From an uncultured bacterium (lineage in GTDB: Bacteria; Krumholzibacteriota; Krumholzibacteriia; JACNKJ01): DNA of 64,000 bases. Each line of letters begins with the position of its first letter. Position 1 is the stretch's first letter. Location: positions 1-64,000 of the forward strand of contig CAYPGS010000018.1 in NCBI GenBank assembly GCA_964410395.1. Reading direction: 5' to 3'. The notes under the pieces are model-generated. The model was not told where the DNA came from and made no database searches. It saw only the letters and a program-made list of their open reading frames with translations. Positions 46,503 to 55,787 of the stretch are shown one piece after another. The position numbers were made by a program, and so were the translations under genes.

Positions 46503-47495
46503 CTATCCTCCGATACGGGCCAGGGAATGCAGTTCGCCGTCGTCACCGTCTTCGAGACGGTGCTTCTCGGGCTTGTGCAGGAGCGCGGCGCGGATGCCCT
46601 CCTCCAGCGCGCGCTCCCAGGCCTCGCCCTCGAGAAGATGGCGCAGGGAGAAATTCTGCGCGCCGAAGAGGCAGCCGCGCATCTCGCCGCGATGGGTCAG
46701 GCGCACGCGATTGCAGTTGTCGCAGAAGTTCTCGCCCAGGGGGTGGATGATCCCCACGCGCAGGCCGTCGGACTCGCGCCTGAACATGCGCGCCGGTCCG
46801 TCGGGACCGCGGCGTTCGAGCTCCGTCCAGTCGCCGTTCTCGCTCATCCGCGCGAGAATGTCCTCGCCGCTCATTCGCCTCGTCTCGAAGAGTTCGCGCG
46901 CCACGCCCACGGGCATCAATTCGATGAAGCGAAGTCGCAGACCGCGATCGGCGGACAGGTCCAGGAAGTCCGTGAGCTCTTCGTCGTTGATGCCGAGCAT
47001 GGGCACCACGTTGAGCTTGATGGGATCGAGCCCCGCCGAGAGGGCGGCGTCGATGCCCTCGATGACGCGGGCAAGTTCCCCGCGGCCGGAGATCTCGCGG
47101 AAGCGCTCGGCATCGAGGGTGTCCAGGCTCACGTTCACGCGGGACAGCCCCGCGCGGGCAAGATCATCGGCCAGGGGCGCTAGGTGCATGGCGTGTGTCG
47201 AAAGGCTCACCTCGCCGATGCCATCGATCTTCGTAAGCCGGCCCACGATTTCCACGAGATCTTTTCTGAGCGTGGGTTCGCCGCCCGAGAGGCGCACCTT
47301 TTCGACACCCAGGCGTGCGAAAAGGGTCACCAGTCTCTCCCATTCCAGTGGGCTCAGTTCTTCCCGCGGGCCCTCGGGCAGCACGGGGCCGCCGGGCTGG
47401 CAGTAGAGGCAGCGGAAGTTGCAATAGGGAGTCACCGAGATCCGCAGGTAGCGGATGGACCTGCCGAAAGGATCGATGAGGGGGGCCAGGGTCAC
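46503..47495 (-). CDS. moaA: GTP 3',8-cyclase (molybdenum cofactor biosynthesis protein A)
   Basis: IRYLRISVTPYCNFRCLYC radical-SAM CxxxCxxC, and a C-terminal second cluster (CDNCNRVRLT). Confidence 0.9.
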   Translation of the reverse strand: MTLAPLIDPFGRSIRYLRISVTPYCNFRCLYCQPGGPVLPEGPREELSPLEWERLVTLFARLGVEKVRLSGGEPTLRKDLVEIVGRLTKIDGIGEVSLSTHAMHLAPLADDLARAGLSRVNVSLDTLDAERFREISGRGELARVIEGIDAALSAGLDPIKLNVVPMLGINDEELTDFLDLSADRGLRLRFIELMPVGVARELFETRRMSGEDILARMSENGDWTELERRGPDGPARMFRRESDGLRVGIIHPLGENFCDNCNRVRLTHRGEMRGCLFGAQNFSLRHLLEGEAWERALEEGIRAALLHKPEKHRLEDGDDGELHSLARIGG

Positions 47496-47531
47496 GGTGC
47501 TCCTCGGGTGGGAAGGGGTTCGGGCAGAATA

Positions 47532-47568
47532 GAAAAGGGGCCCGGCGCGGTCAAGCGCGGGCCCCTCG
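47532..47568 (-). terminator. Rho-independent terminator for the YXWGXW lipoprotein gene (GGGGCCCGCGCttgacGCGCCGGGCCCCTTTT on the minus strand)
   Basis: Perfect GC hairpin plus T-run read on the minus strand between the lipoprotein and moaA. Confidence 0.5.
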
Positions 47569-47585
47569 GAGGCGTTGCCGGACAG

Positions 47586-47879
47586 CTATTTCCAGTGACC
47601 GGCCACCCAGACGTGTCCGCGGGCCGTTTTCTTCCAATGGCCCTTCACCCAGGTCTTGCCGGCCTTTCCCTTGACCCAATGGCCCTTCACCCAGACATAG
47701 CGGTGCCCGTTCCACTTCCAGTGGCCGTCCACCCAGATGTACTTGGGCCCAGGCTTGGCGGGACGCACCTCGCTCTTGGCCGGAGGCGGATCGGTGGGAA
47801 CGTAGGTCACGGTGGTGCAACCGGCGCTCAGGGCGGCCAGTGCGAAGGCGAGGATGAGGGTCTTCAATTGGCGTTTCAT
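47586..47879 (-). CDS. Lipoprotein with YXWGXW-type (W-x-x-G-H-W) repeats
   Basis: Signal peptide plus lipobox LSAGC. Five copies of W(V/K)xGHW (YIWVDGHWKWNGHRYVWVKGHWVKGKAGKTWVKGHWKKTARGHVWVAGHWK). Confidence 0.6.
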   Translation of the reverse strand: MKRQLKTLILAFALAALSAGCTTVTYVPTDPPPAKSEVRPAKPGPKYIWVDGHWKWNGHRYVWVKGHWVKGKAGKTWVKGHWKKTARGHVWVAGHWK

Positions 47880-47951
47880 GATCGGCTCCTTGGCTGGAGA
47901 TTCGCTTCGTCCATCTCGACCCGGTCACTGCATCGTCCATGCCATATATCA

Positions 47952-49130
47952 CTAGAGCCGGCGCCAGCCCCTGGGCAGGCTCAGCTCCTTCGCGCCCAGG
48001 AATCCTGCCAGATCTCTCAACGATTCGCCCAGCGCTGATTTGAACCTGGCGTCGGCCGCAAACCCCTTCTCCAGATGGATGGCCTTGATCTCCAGCTCCT
48101 CACGGTCGCGATGGAACTTCGGGTCGAGCCGTCCCACCAGCCTTCCCTCATGGAGAATGGGCAGCACGTAGTAGCCGAACTCGCGCTTAGGCGCGGGCAC
48201 GTAGATCTCGATGCGGTAGCGGAAGTCGAGCAGTTCCTCCGCCCGTTCGCGCTGCCAGAGAAAGGAGTCGAAGGGACAGATCAGGGTCGTCCCGCGAGGC
48301 TTGGGTAGACGCCTCAGGGATTCGAGGGTTTCCGGAAGAGCGTAATAGGTGTCGGCATGGCCCGGCACCTCCACCTCCACGATGCGCTTCTTGCGGAGGT
48401 TGCGCGCGAGCACGGCCCTTCGCTCGGGAGCTTTGAGCCGGGGCGAGGTGAAGTAGAAGGACAGGTGCTTCTCGCTGGCGATGCCGTTGCCCGAAAGCCC
48501 CGTGAAGAGCCAACCGTCCTCGAATTCATGGCGTGTGGCGGCCGGTCCCTCGGGATACACGTGTTCGGCGAGATCGTAGACCCGGCGGAAGTGACGCCGG
48601 TCGGCGATGGCCAGCTCGCCCTTCCGCCAGAGGATCTCCAGGGCCATCTTCTCCTGCTTCCAGCCCCACCAGGGACCGGGACGACCCCGTGCGCTCTTGA
48701 AGTGCGCACTTTCCAGGGGCCCCTCTTCGCGGATGCGTCCGCGCACCTCGCGCATGACCCCCGCGGGCGGGCGGTGTTGTTTCCACCAGCTGCTGTGGAG
48801 GTGGAAGCTGCGAAAGCTGCGACGGCTGAGGGGCAGGTGGCGAGTAGGCAGCACGCAGGCCTCGTGTCCCCAGAACTCGTAGGCGAGCTTCTCCTCGTAG
48901 ATCCAGCGGCGGAGTTTGTCGCGGTCGAAGGCCCCGAAGCGGCTCCAGAGGGTCAGGTGATGGGCGCGGTCGATCACGTTGACGCTGTCCAGCTGCAGAC
49001 CGCCGGTCCTCTCGAGATGATCCACCAGCGCCTTGCGACTGAGCTTCACGCCGCGGGGCTTGTGCAGGCCCTGGTTGCGGAACCAGAGGCGGCGCACCTT
49101 CTCGGCATCCACGCGATAGGTCTTGGTCAT
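47952..49130 (-). CDS. Winged-helix DNA-binding domain protein of the YcaQ/AlkZ (DUF1006) family (putative crosslink-repair DNA glycosylase)
   Basis: MTKTYRVDAEKVRRLWFRNQGL.. start with RBS GGAGG; ~393 aa, which matches the family length. The track ORF start at 49511 is a spurious extension. Confidence 0.65.
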   Translation of the reverse strand: MTKTYRVDAEKVRRLWFRNQGLHKPRGVKLSRKALVDHLERTGGLQLDSVNVIDRAHHLTLWSRFGAFDRDKLRRWIYEEKLAYEFWGHEACVLPTRHLPLSRRSFRSFHLHSSWWKQHRPPAGVMREVRGRIREEGPLESAHFKSARGRPGPWWGWKQEKMALEILWRKGELAIADRRHFRRVYDLAEHVYPEGPAATRHEFEDGWLFTGLSGNGIASEKHLSFYFTSPRLKAPERRAVLARNLRKKRIVEVEVPGHADTYYALPETLESLRRLPKPRGTTLICPFDSFLWQRERAEELLDFRYRIEIYVPAPKREFGYYVLPILHEGRLVGRLDPKFHRDREELEIKAIHLEKGFAADARFKSALGESLRDLAGFLGAKELSLPRGWRRL

Positions 49131-49186
49131 GAAATCCTCCGGAGGCGAGGCTATCAGATCGTCGCTGGCTGTGCTAGCCTGGGGCC

Positions 49187-49906
49187 ATGAGCATCTATTC
49201 GGATCTCGCGCCCTGGTATGACCGCCTCTTCCCCGTGGGAACGGAGCAGGCAGAGCTTCTCGTGAATCGTCTGCGATCCGCCGAAGCGCGAAGCGTGCTC
49301 GACGCCGGTTGCGGCACGGGAAGGCACCTGGAAATCCTCGCCGATGCCGGCTTTGCTGTGGCCGGACTCGAACCCGAGGCCGACATGGCCGCCGAGGCCA
49401 ACCGGCGACTCGCCGAACGCGGGCGCGTGGAGGTGCTGAGCCTCGATCAGGCCGCGCAGGTTCCCGGCGCGCCCTTCGACGCGGCTCTCTGCCTCGGCAA
49501 CACCCTGGCACATCTGCTGGAAGAGGCCGATCTCTCGGCCGGATTGAAGGCCATCGCCTCGGTCCTGGGGCCCGGTGGACTCTTCATCGCGCAATTGGTG
49601 CACTTCGAGAAGGTGCTGCGCGAGGGCAAGGATCCTTTCGCCCCGAAGCGACTCGAGGACGGATCGCTCTTCCATCGAACCTACGACTTCTCCCGCGCTC
49701 CGGCTCGACTCGGCTTCGGCCTGCGTTTCGAGAGCGGCGATCTTCGCTTCGAGGAATCCTTCGACCTTCGCCCATGGACTCTCGCCGAACTTCGAGCCCA
49801 CTACTCGAGCGCGAATCTCGACATGGTCGAAGTTCTGGGGGACTGGCGGGGCGCGCCCCGCGGCGAGAAATCGCCGGCAACCATCATTCTGGCGAGTCGC
49901 CTCTAG
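49187..49906 (+). CDS. Class I SAM-dependent methyltransferase
   Basis: SAM-binding motif I VLDAGCGTGRH and an acidic motif II. Confidence 0.8.
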   Translation: MSIYSDLAPWYDRLFPVGTEQAELLVNRLRSAEARSVLDAGCGTGRHLEILADAGFAVAGLEPEADMAAEANRRLAERGRVEVLSLDQAAQVPGAPFDAALCLGNTLAHLLEEADLSAGLKAIASVLGPGGLFIAQLVHFEKVLREGKDPFAPKRLEDGSLFHRTYDFSRAPARLGFGLRFESGDLRFEESFDLRPWTLAELRAHYSSANLDMVEVLGDWRGAPRGEKSPATIILASRL

Positions 49907-51438
49907 CGGAAGATGCGGCGCCCCATGGCGGCGTTGAGCCTCTCGGCTTCGGGTTCATCGAAGACGTGGAAGCGCCAGGCCAGCGCTCCGTAGACCGCGG
50001 CCCCCGCCAGGATGACCAGGAGCAGGGTCGGGATGCCTCCGATGAATCCGGAGAGCGGCCAGAGGGCCAGGGCCATGATCCCTCCGTAGAGCACCGTGCG
50101 CAGATTCGCGGCCCAGGGAATACGCACCCGTATGTGTCGCCTCAGCATCGCGAAGCTGAGAATGTATCCGAAGATCAGCGCGCTGCCCGTGGCGATGGCC
50201 GCGCCGTTGGCGCCGCCGAAGGGCCCGTCCAGGGGAATCAGGATGAAGTCCATGACGATGTTGTAGACCAGGAAGAGCCGGCTCCAGAGCGTGATCTCGG
50301 GCCGCTCGAGGATGAGCGGCAGGAAGCTCATGGTGTTCAGGAAGTGCGTGGCCACCATGGCCGCGAAGTAGATGCGGAAGGGAGAGACCGCGTCGATCCA
50401 CTTGGGGTCGTAGATGTGCACGATGAGCGGCTCGGCCAGGATCAGGGCTCCCACCAGGAGCGGAAACAGGAAGACCGTCACCACCTTGTTGTAGAAGCGG
50501 AAGACCTGGGCGAGCTGGGCCTTGTCCTTCTTCTCCGTGTACTCCTTCACGTAGACCGGCACGATCACCTTGAGCAGCAGGTGCATGGGCACCAGTGCGA
50601 TGAGCGCGGTGACGATCTGCGTGGCGATGCGATAGACCCCCGCCACGCTGGCCTGCTGGTAGTGGCTGATGATCCAGGTGTCGATGTCAGTGTAGAGCGC
50701 GATGAGGGTGAGGCTCGTGGCGTATTGCAGCAATCCGTAGCGCGCCATGCGCTTGACGGGAAGGGGTTCGTCGGCGCCGCCTTCGATCTTGCGGCTCAGG
50801 CCGAAGATGCGTCCGAGATAGGCGAGCAGGTAGACCGCGTTGCTCAGGGCCAGGAAGGTGAAGAGGTTCTCGAGAGTGCCCACGAGAGGAACATCGCCCT
50901 CGCTGGGCAGCCAGACGATGAAGAGCGTCAGTTTCATGGCCTGGAAACCCACGGTGGCCGCGTTGCGGAAGGCCTGGCTGCGGTGAGCCGTGAGCATCTC
51001 GTCGAAGACGGTGGCTTCGAATTTGAGAATGGTGAAGAGCGCGAAGTAGGGCAGCAGGCCGTTCCACTCGGACACGTTAAGCCAGCTGGAGAGCGCGTCG
51101 CGGAAGAACCAGGCCAGGAAGACGAGGATGCTTCCCCCGAGCAGATGCCCCAGTGCACCGATCATCTGCAGGCTGAGCGCGCCCCTGCGATTCTTCTTGC
51201 CCAGGAATTCGGGAAGGTAACGCTGGATGATGGGCGCGATACCGAGGGAAAGCGCCATGGCGCCCTGCATGTAACCACCCAGCATCACCGAGTAGACGCC
51301 GTAGTTGTGGTTGCTGAGCTTGCGCGCCAGCACGATGGAGATGATCAGCGACAGGAAATAGGTGGAGTAGGTTCCGAGCAACACGAAGATCGTGTCGCGG
51401 AACATCCCCTTCAGTTTGCCGCCGCCGGTCTCGCTCAT
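49903..51438 (-). CDS. Polysaccharide biosynthesis/oligosaccharide flippase (MOP/Wzx-like) family membrane protein
   Basis: ~12-14 predicted TM helices across 511 aa with flippase-like topology; cytosolic N-terminus. Confidence 0.65.
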   Translation of the reverse strand: MSETGGGKLKGMFRDTIFVLLGTYSTYFLSLIISIVLARKLSNHNYGVYSVMLGGYMQGAMALSLGIAPIIQRYLPEFLGKKNRRGALSLQMIGALGHLLGGSILVFLAWFFRDALSSWLNVSEWNGLLPYFALFTILKFEATVFDEMLTAHRSQAFRNAATVGFQAMKLTLFIVWLPSEGDVPLVGTLENLFTFLALSNAVYLLAYLGRIFGLSRKIEGGADEPLPVKRMARYGLLQYATSLTLIALYTDIDTWIISHYQQASVAGVYRIATQIVTALIALVPMHLLLKVIVPVYVKEYTEKKDKAQLAQVFRFYNKVVTVFLFPLLVGALILAEPLIVHIYDPKWIDAVSPFRIYFAAMVATHFLNTMSFLPLILERPEITLWSRLFLVYNIVMDFILIPLDGPFGGANGAAIATGSALIFGYILSFAMLRRHIRVRIPWAANLRTVLYGGIMALALWPLSGFIGGIPTLLLVILAGAAVYGALAWRFHVFDEPEAERLNAAMGRRIFR

Positions 51439-51439
51439 G

Positions 51440-52141
51440 CTACCAGACCGTCACTGCGCCGACGGTCACATCGTAGCTGCGGTCCTCGCCCTCGGCCGGT
51501 TCCGGGCTGCGCAGCTCCAGGATGAGTTCGACTTCATTGGTGGAAGGCACGTTGAGGCCGATCGCCGTGGTGTTGTGCTCGAGCTCGTCGTCCACTTCGG
51601 CGAATCCCGCCTCCACGAAGAACTCCGCGATGCCGGCGACCGCGTACCATGCCCCGGCCGCGAGGGAAAGGGCGCTGTCTCCCTCGCCTTCGCCGTCGTG
51701 GAACCAGTTCAAGGCGGGACGTCCGTAGAGGCCGATGCCGTCCGCATCATAGTTGAGCTCAAGACCGGCCATCATGCCGCTCATGCCCAGCCCCGGTCCG
51801 AAGGCCGAGATGTCGAAATAGATGTCGAGCTTCAAGGGGGCGGTGAATCCACCGTAGAGATTCTTGAAGATGCCAAGACTCAGGAAGTCCACGCCACCCG
51901 GACCCATCTTGGGATGGCTGATGCCCGTGAAGAGATAGAGATGCGCGGTGTCATGGATGCCCCAGGCCGGTCCCAGCACGAGGCTCTTGGACCCCGCCGC
52001 GTCATCGTCGATGCCGATGCCGCTCTGGGTGAAGTAGAACTCGATGGCGCCGGGTCCCATGGGATAGGGCTCCCAGGTGTCCACGGCGAAGGCCGTCATG
52101 GGCAGGGCCAGGACCAGAAGTACGCTCGCGATGACGTTCAC
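51440..52141 (-). CDS. Secreted protein, putative small outer-membrane beta-barrel
   Basis: RBS GGGAGG; signal peptide MNVIASVLLVLALPMTAFA; Gly/aromatic-rich; C-terminal beta-signal-like TVGAVTVW-COOH. Confidence 0.45.
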   Translation of the reverse strand: MNVIASVLLVLALPMTAFAVDTWEPYPMGPGAIEFYFTQSGIGIDDDAAGSKSLVLGPAWGIHDTAHLYLFTGISHPKMGPGGVDFLSLGIFKNLYGGFTAPLKLDIYFDISAFGPGLGMSGMMAGLELNYDADGIGLYGRPALNWFHDGEGEGDSALSLAAGAWYAVAGIAEFFVEAGFAEVDDELEHNTTAIGLNVPSTNEVELILELRSPEPAEGEDRSYDVTVGAVTVW

Positions 52142-52205
52142 GGATTGCCTCCCTGAAAAGGGTCGGGCGACCTGGCGGAGAGAATAGCTCCGGGGCCGTC
52201 GGGCG

Positions 52206-52997
52206 CTACATTAACGAGCGGGCCCGTCCGCCGTCCACCGTGAAAACCTGTCCCGTGATGAAGGATGCCCGCGCGCTGGCCAGGAAAACCGCCGCGGCGG
52301 CGATCTCCTCGGCCTCGCCCAGGCGATTCAGGGGAGTGGCCTCGCCCCAGCCCCGCATCACGGCATCTTCGCTCGCGCCGGAATCGGCCGACACCCGGGC
52401 GGCCAGCTCGCCGAGACGTTCGGTGCGCGTGTATCCCGGCGCCACCGAGTTTACGGTGATGCCGTAGGCACCCAGCTCGTTGGCCAGGGTGCGCGCGTAC
52501 CCTGTGACGCCCGCCCGCAGGGCATTACTGAGCAACAATCCGTCGATGGGCTCCCGAACGCTCACGGAAGTCAGGAAAAGGATGCGCCCCCAGGCCGCCT
52601 TCTTCATGGCGGGAATCACCGAATCGCTGAGCCCCACCGCGCCGTGCAGAATGAGATCGGCGGCCGAGCGCCAGGTTTCCTCGTCTAGCTGGTCGTGGGT
52701 ACCCGCCGGAGGTCCGCCGGAGTTCACGAATAGGATCTCCGCGTCTCCCAGGGCATCGCGGCAGGCGACGGTCCAGGCCTGCCGTGAGGTGGCCGAAGCC
52801 AGGTCCAGCTCATGGATGAAGGGGCGCCGTCCCGAGGCGGCTTCGATCCGGGCCGCCGCCTCATCGAGTTTCCGGGATGATCGCGACCCCATGGCCACCC
52901 TCGCGCCCTCCAGGGCGAGTTCCCTGGCCACCGCAAATCCGATGCCCGCCGATGCGCCGGCCACCCAGGCCACGCGATCCTTGATTCCAAGATCCAT
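52206..52997 (-). CDS. SDR-family oxidoreductase
   Basis: VAWVAGASAGIGFAVARELA (TGxxxGxG) and SDR length; RBS GGAGGAGG before ATG 52997. Confidence 0.85.
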   Translation of the reverse strand: MDLGIKDRVAWVAGASAGIGFAVARELALEGARVAMGSRSSRKLDEAAARIEAASGRRPFIHELDLASATSRQAWTVACRDALGDAEILFVNSGGPPAGTHDQLDEETWRSAADLILHGAVGLSDSVIPAMKKAAWGRILFLTSVSVREPIDGLLLSNALRAGVTGYARTLANELGAYGITVNSVAPGYTRTERLGELAARVSADSGASEDAVMRGWGEATPLNRLGEAEEIAAAAVFLASARASFITGQVFTVDGGRARSLM

Positions 52998-53039
52998 GTC
53001 CGCCTCCTCCTTGGCCTCAGTGTACACGGGTGGAGTCTT

Positions 53040-53075
53040 CCGGTAAAAAAGAAACCCCCGCCCATGGCAGGGGTT
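53040..53075 (-). terminator. Rho-independent terminator after the Nfu gene (AGAAACCCCTGCCatggGCGGGGGTTTCTTTTTT on the minus strand)
   Basis: GC hairpin plus T-run on the minus strand; adjacent GGTAGCTGG direct repeats. Confidence 0.5.
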
Positions 53076-53108
53076 TCTGGCTGGTAGCTGGTAGCTTGTA
53101 GCTGGCGG

Positions 53109-53360
53109 CTAGAACATCACCGGGACGTTCTCGACCCGCGTCACTTCGGGCACCTGCTCCTTCAGCGTGGCTTCCACGCCGGCCTGCAGGGTGATGGCGG
53201 CCGAGGGGCAGCCCACGCAGGCGCCCTGAAGGCGCACGCGGACCACGCCGTCGTCGGTGACTTCCACCAGTTCGATGTCGCCGCCGTCCATGCGCAGGGC
53301 CGGACGGATCATGTCGAGGGCGCGCTCGACGCGCTGGGTGAGTTCCTGATTCACGCTCAC
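53109..53360 (-). CDS. NifU-like (Nfu-type) Fe-S cluster carrier domain protein
   Basis: LDMIRPALRMDGGDIELVEV..GACVGCPSA (CxxC) is the canonical Nfu C-terminal domain. Confidence 0.85.
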   Translation of the reverse strand: MSVNQELTQRVERALDMIRPALRMDGGDIELVEVTDDGVVRVRLQGACVGCPSAAITLQAGVEATLKEQVPEVTRVENVPVMF

Positions 53361-53435
53361 GGCTCCTCCTCGGGGCCTGGGTACACCGCCAATCTAGCCG
53401 AGGGGAGCGGACTCTGCAAGGTCCCCGGATCGGGA

Positions 53436-55787
53436 TCAGGCACCCTCGTGGGCAGTACGGCGGATGATCTCGTCCTGCAGCTCCCGGCTGAGATCGCAGA
53501 AGTAGTCGCTGTAGCCGGCCACCCGCACGATGAGGTCGCCATGCTCCTCGGGCCTGGCCTGGGCGGCGCGGAGGGTGTCGGCGTCCACCACGTTGAGCTG
53601 CAGGTGATGGCCGTCCAGGCGGAAGTAGCCCCGCACGAGCATGGCCAGCTTCTCGATGCCGGCCCTCTCCTCGAGGAGCCGGGGCAGAAACTTCATGTTG
53701 AGTAGGGTGCCGCAGGTGCGGGCGTGGTCCATCTTGGCCGCCGACTTGAGTACGGCCGTCGGCCCCTGGCGGTCGGCGCCCTGAACCGGCGAGATGCCCT
53801 CGCTCACGGGAACTCCGGCGCCGCGTCCGTCGGGCGTGGCACCGAGTACGGAGCCGAAGTAGATGTGGCAGGTGGTGGGCAGCATGTCGAGGTGGTAGCG
53901 ACCGCCTCGCAGGTTCGGCCGCCCGTCCACCGCCTCGAAGAGCGCGTCGAAAACGGCGCGCATGATGTCGTCGGCCGCGTCTTCGTCGTTGCCGTAGCGA
54001 GGAGTGCGCTCGGCGAGCTCCTTGCGGCGGGCGGGCTCGCCCTCGAAATCGGAGGCGAGCAGCGAGAGCAACTCGTCCATGTCCAGCTCGCCCTCGAAGA
54101 CATGATGCTTGATGGCCGACAGGCTGTCGGTGATGGTCCCGATGCCCACGCCCTGGATGAAGCTCGTATTGTAGCGCGCGCCGCCCGCGTTGTAGTCCAG
54201 GCCCTTCTCGATGCAGTCGTCGATGAGCACCGACAGGAAGACCGCGGGCATCGCCTCGGCGTAGATGGCCTCGATGATGTCGTTGCCCCGAAGCTTGATC
54301 TCCACGAAGTGTTCGAGCTGCCGGCGGAAGGCCGAGAAGAACCCCTCGAAGGAAGTTAAGTTTCCGGGATCCCCCGTGGACAGCCCCACCCGCTCCCCCG
54401 TGCGCGGATCCATGCCATCGTGCAAGGTCACCTCGAGCACCTTGGGCGTGTTGAAGTAGCCCGTGAGGATGTAGGCCTCCTTGCCGAAGGCGCCGGTCTC
54501 CACGCATCCGCTGCTGCCGCCCTCCCGTGCATCGGCCAGGGTCTTGCCACAGCGCAGCATCTGCGTGACCACGCCGTCGGCATTGAAGATCGAGGGGTAG
54601 CCGTAGCCCTTGCGAAGTACGCGCAGGGCCGACTTGAGGAAAGCGTCGGGGCTCTTGCGGCTGAGCTGGATGTTCCCCTGGGGCTGCAGCAGATGGATGT
54701 CGTCCATCACCTCGAGGATGAGCTGGCTCAGCTCGCTCACGCCATCGGAACCGTCCGCCAGGATTCCGCCGAGGTTGATATTGGTGAAGTCGTTGTAGGT
54801 GCCGCTCTCTGCCGCCGTCACCCCGACCTTGGGCGGAGCCGGCTGGTTGTTGAACTTGATGAAGAAGCACTGAAGCAACTCGCGGGCATCCTCGCGGCTC
54901 AGGGTGCCCGCGGCGAGTTCGCGCTCGTAGAAGGGCAGCAGGTGGCGGTCGAGGTGGCCGGGATTCATGGCGTCCCAGCCGTTCAGTTCCGTGATGGTGC
55001 CCAGGTGCAGGAACCAGTACATCTGCAGGGCCTCGTGGAAATCGCGGGGAGGGTGAGCGGGCACTCGCCGACAGATTCCCGCGATGCGTAGGAGCTCTGC
55101 CTCGCGCTTCTCGTCCGGTTCGGACTCGGCCCGAGTCTCGGCCAGATCCGCGTGTCGCTCGGCGAAACGGATGGCCCCATCACAGGCCAGGTCCATGGCT
55201 CTCAGCTGCTCCCGGCGCAGATCATCCTCTTCGTCGCGTCTCAGGGAATCCAGGGCCGCGGCGATCTCGGCCTTGAAGTCGAGCAGACCCTTCTCGTAGG
55301 GCTTGCCGTCGAGGGTGGTGTGGCCCGGCGCACGCTGCTCCATGAACTCGGTGAACAGGCCCGCGGCGAAGGCCTTCTTCCAGTCCTCGGGCAGCTTCTC
55401 GAAGATGCGATCGCGCAGACTACGGCCATCCCAGAAGGGCTTCACCTCGCTCAGGTGGATGGCGATGTCCGCGTCGTTCACCGCGTAGGGAATCTTCTCC
55501 CGATCGCGGAGGATGCGAAGGTCTTCCTCGCTGTGGCAGGTGAGTTCGGGAAAGGTGGGTACGGCCCGCGGCGAAGGTCCGCGCTCTCCCACGATGAGCT
55601 CGCCCTCGCCCAGGTGGATGCTCTTGCGCTCGCAGAGATGCGCGAAGGCCCCCGCCCGCAGCATGGGAGTGGAAAGCTTCTCCTCGTTCTCACGGTAGAA
55701 TTCCGTGACCAGCAGGGCCCGCTCCATGGAGATGCTCACCGGCGTCTCGCGGCTTTCACGTCTCAGGGCTGCGACGCGTTCATTCAT
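53436..55787 (-). CDS. Glycyl radical enzyme, PFL2/glycerol-dehydratase class (Cys-x-Glu active site), substrate unknown
   Basis: C-terminal glycyl-radical motif LIVRVAGYSDYF; active-site GGSSGCVETGA (C-V-E as in CutC, glycerol dehydratase, HypD and HPAD eliminases/decarboxylases); 783 aa. Confidence 0.9.
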   Translation of the reverse strand: MNERVAALRRESRETPVSISMERALLVTEFYRENEEKLSTPMLRAGAFAHLCERKSIHLGEGELIVGERGPSPRAVPTFPELTCHSEEDLRILRDREKIPYAVNDADIAIHLSEVKPFWDGRSLRDRIFEKLPEDWKKAFAAGLFTEFMEQRAPGHTTLDGKPYEKGLLDFKAEIAAALDSLRRDEEDDLRREQLRAMDLACDGAIRFAERHADLAETRAESEPDEKREAELLRIAGICRRVPAHPPRDFHEALQMYWFLHLGTITELNGWDAMNPGHLDRHLLPFYERELAAGTLSREDARELLQCFFIKFNNQPAPPKVGVTAAESGTYNDFTNINLGGILADGSDGVSELSQLILEVMDDIHLLQPQGNIQLSRKSPDAFLKSALRVLRKGYGYPSIFNADGVVTQMLRCGKTLADAREGGSSGCVETGAFGKEAYILTGYFNTPKVLEVTLHDGMDPRTGERVGLSTGDPGNLTSFEGFFSAFRRQLEHFVEIKLRGNDIIEAIYAEAMPAVFLSVLIDDCIEKGLDYNAGGARYNTSFIQGVGIGTITDSLSAIKHHVFEGELDMDELLSLLASDFEGEPARRKELAERTPRYGNDEDAADDIMRAVFDALFEAVDGRPNLRGGRYHLDMLPTTCHIYFGSVLGATPDGRGAGVPVSEGISPVQGADRQGPTAVLKSAAKMDHARTCGTLLNMKFLPRLLEERAGIEKLAMLVRGYFRLDGHHLQLNVVDADTLRAAQARPEEHGDLIVRVAGYSDYFCDLSRELQDEIIRRTAHEGA

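Noticed and set aside
47496-47585. Possible molybdenum-cofactor riboswitch upstream of moaA
   Set aside because: Only ~90 nt between moaA and the upstream gene, mostly occupied by that gene's terminator hairpin. Too short for a ~130-nt Moco riboswitch, and no recognisable conserved junction motifs.
53017-54870. 617-aa minus-strand ORF in an alternative frame across the GRE gene and SDR start
   Set aside because: Extremely Arg/Gly/His-rich (RRGRRG.. tracts) and overlaps a canonical glycyl-radical enzyme in another frame. GC-skewed frame artefact.
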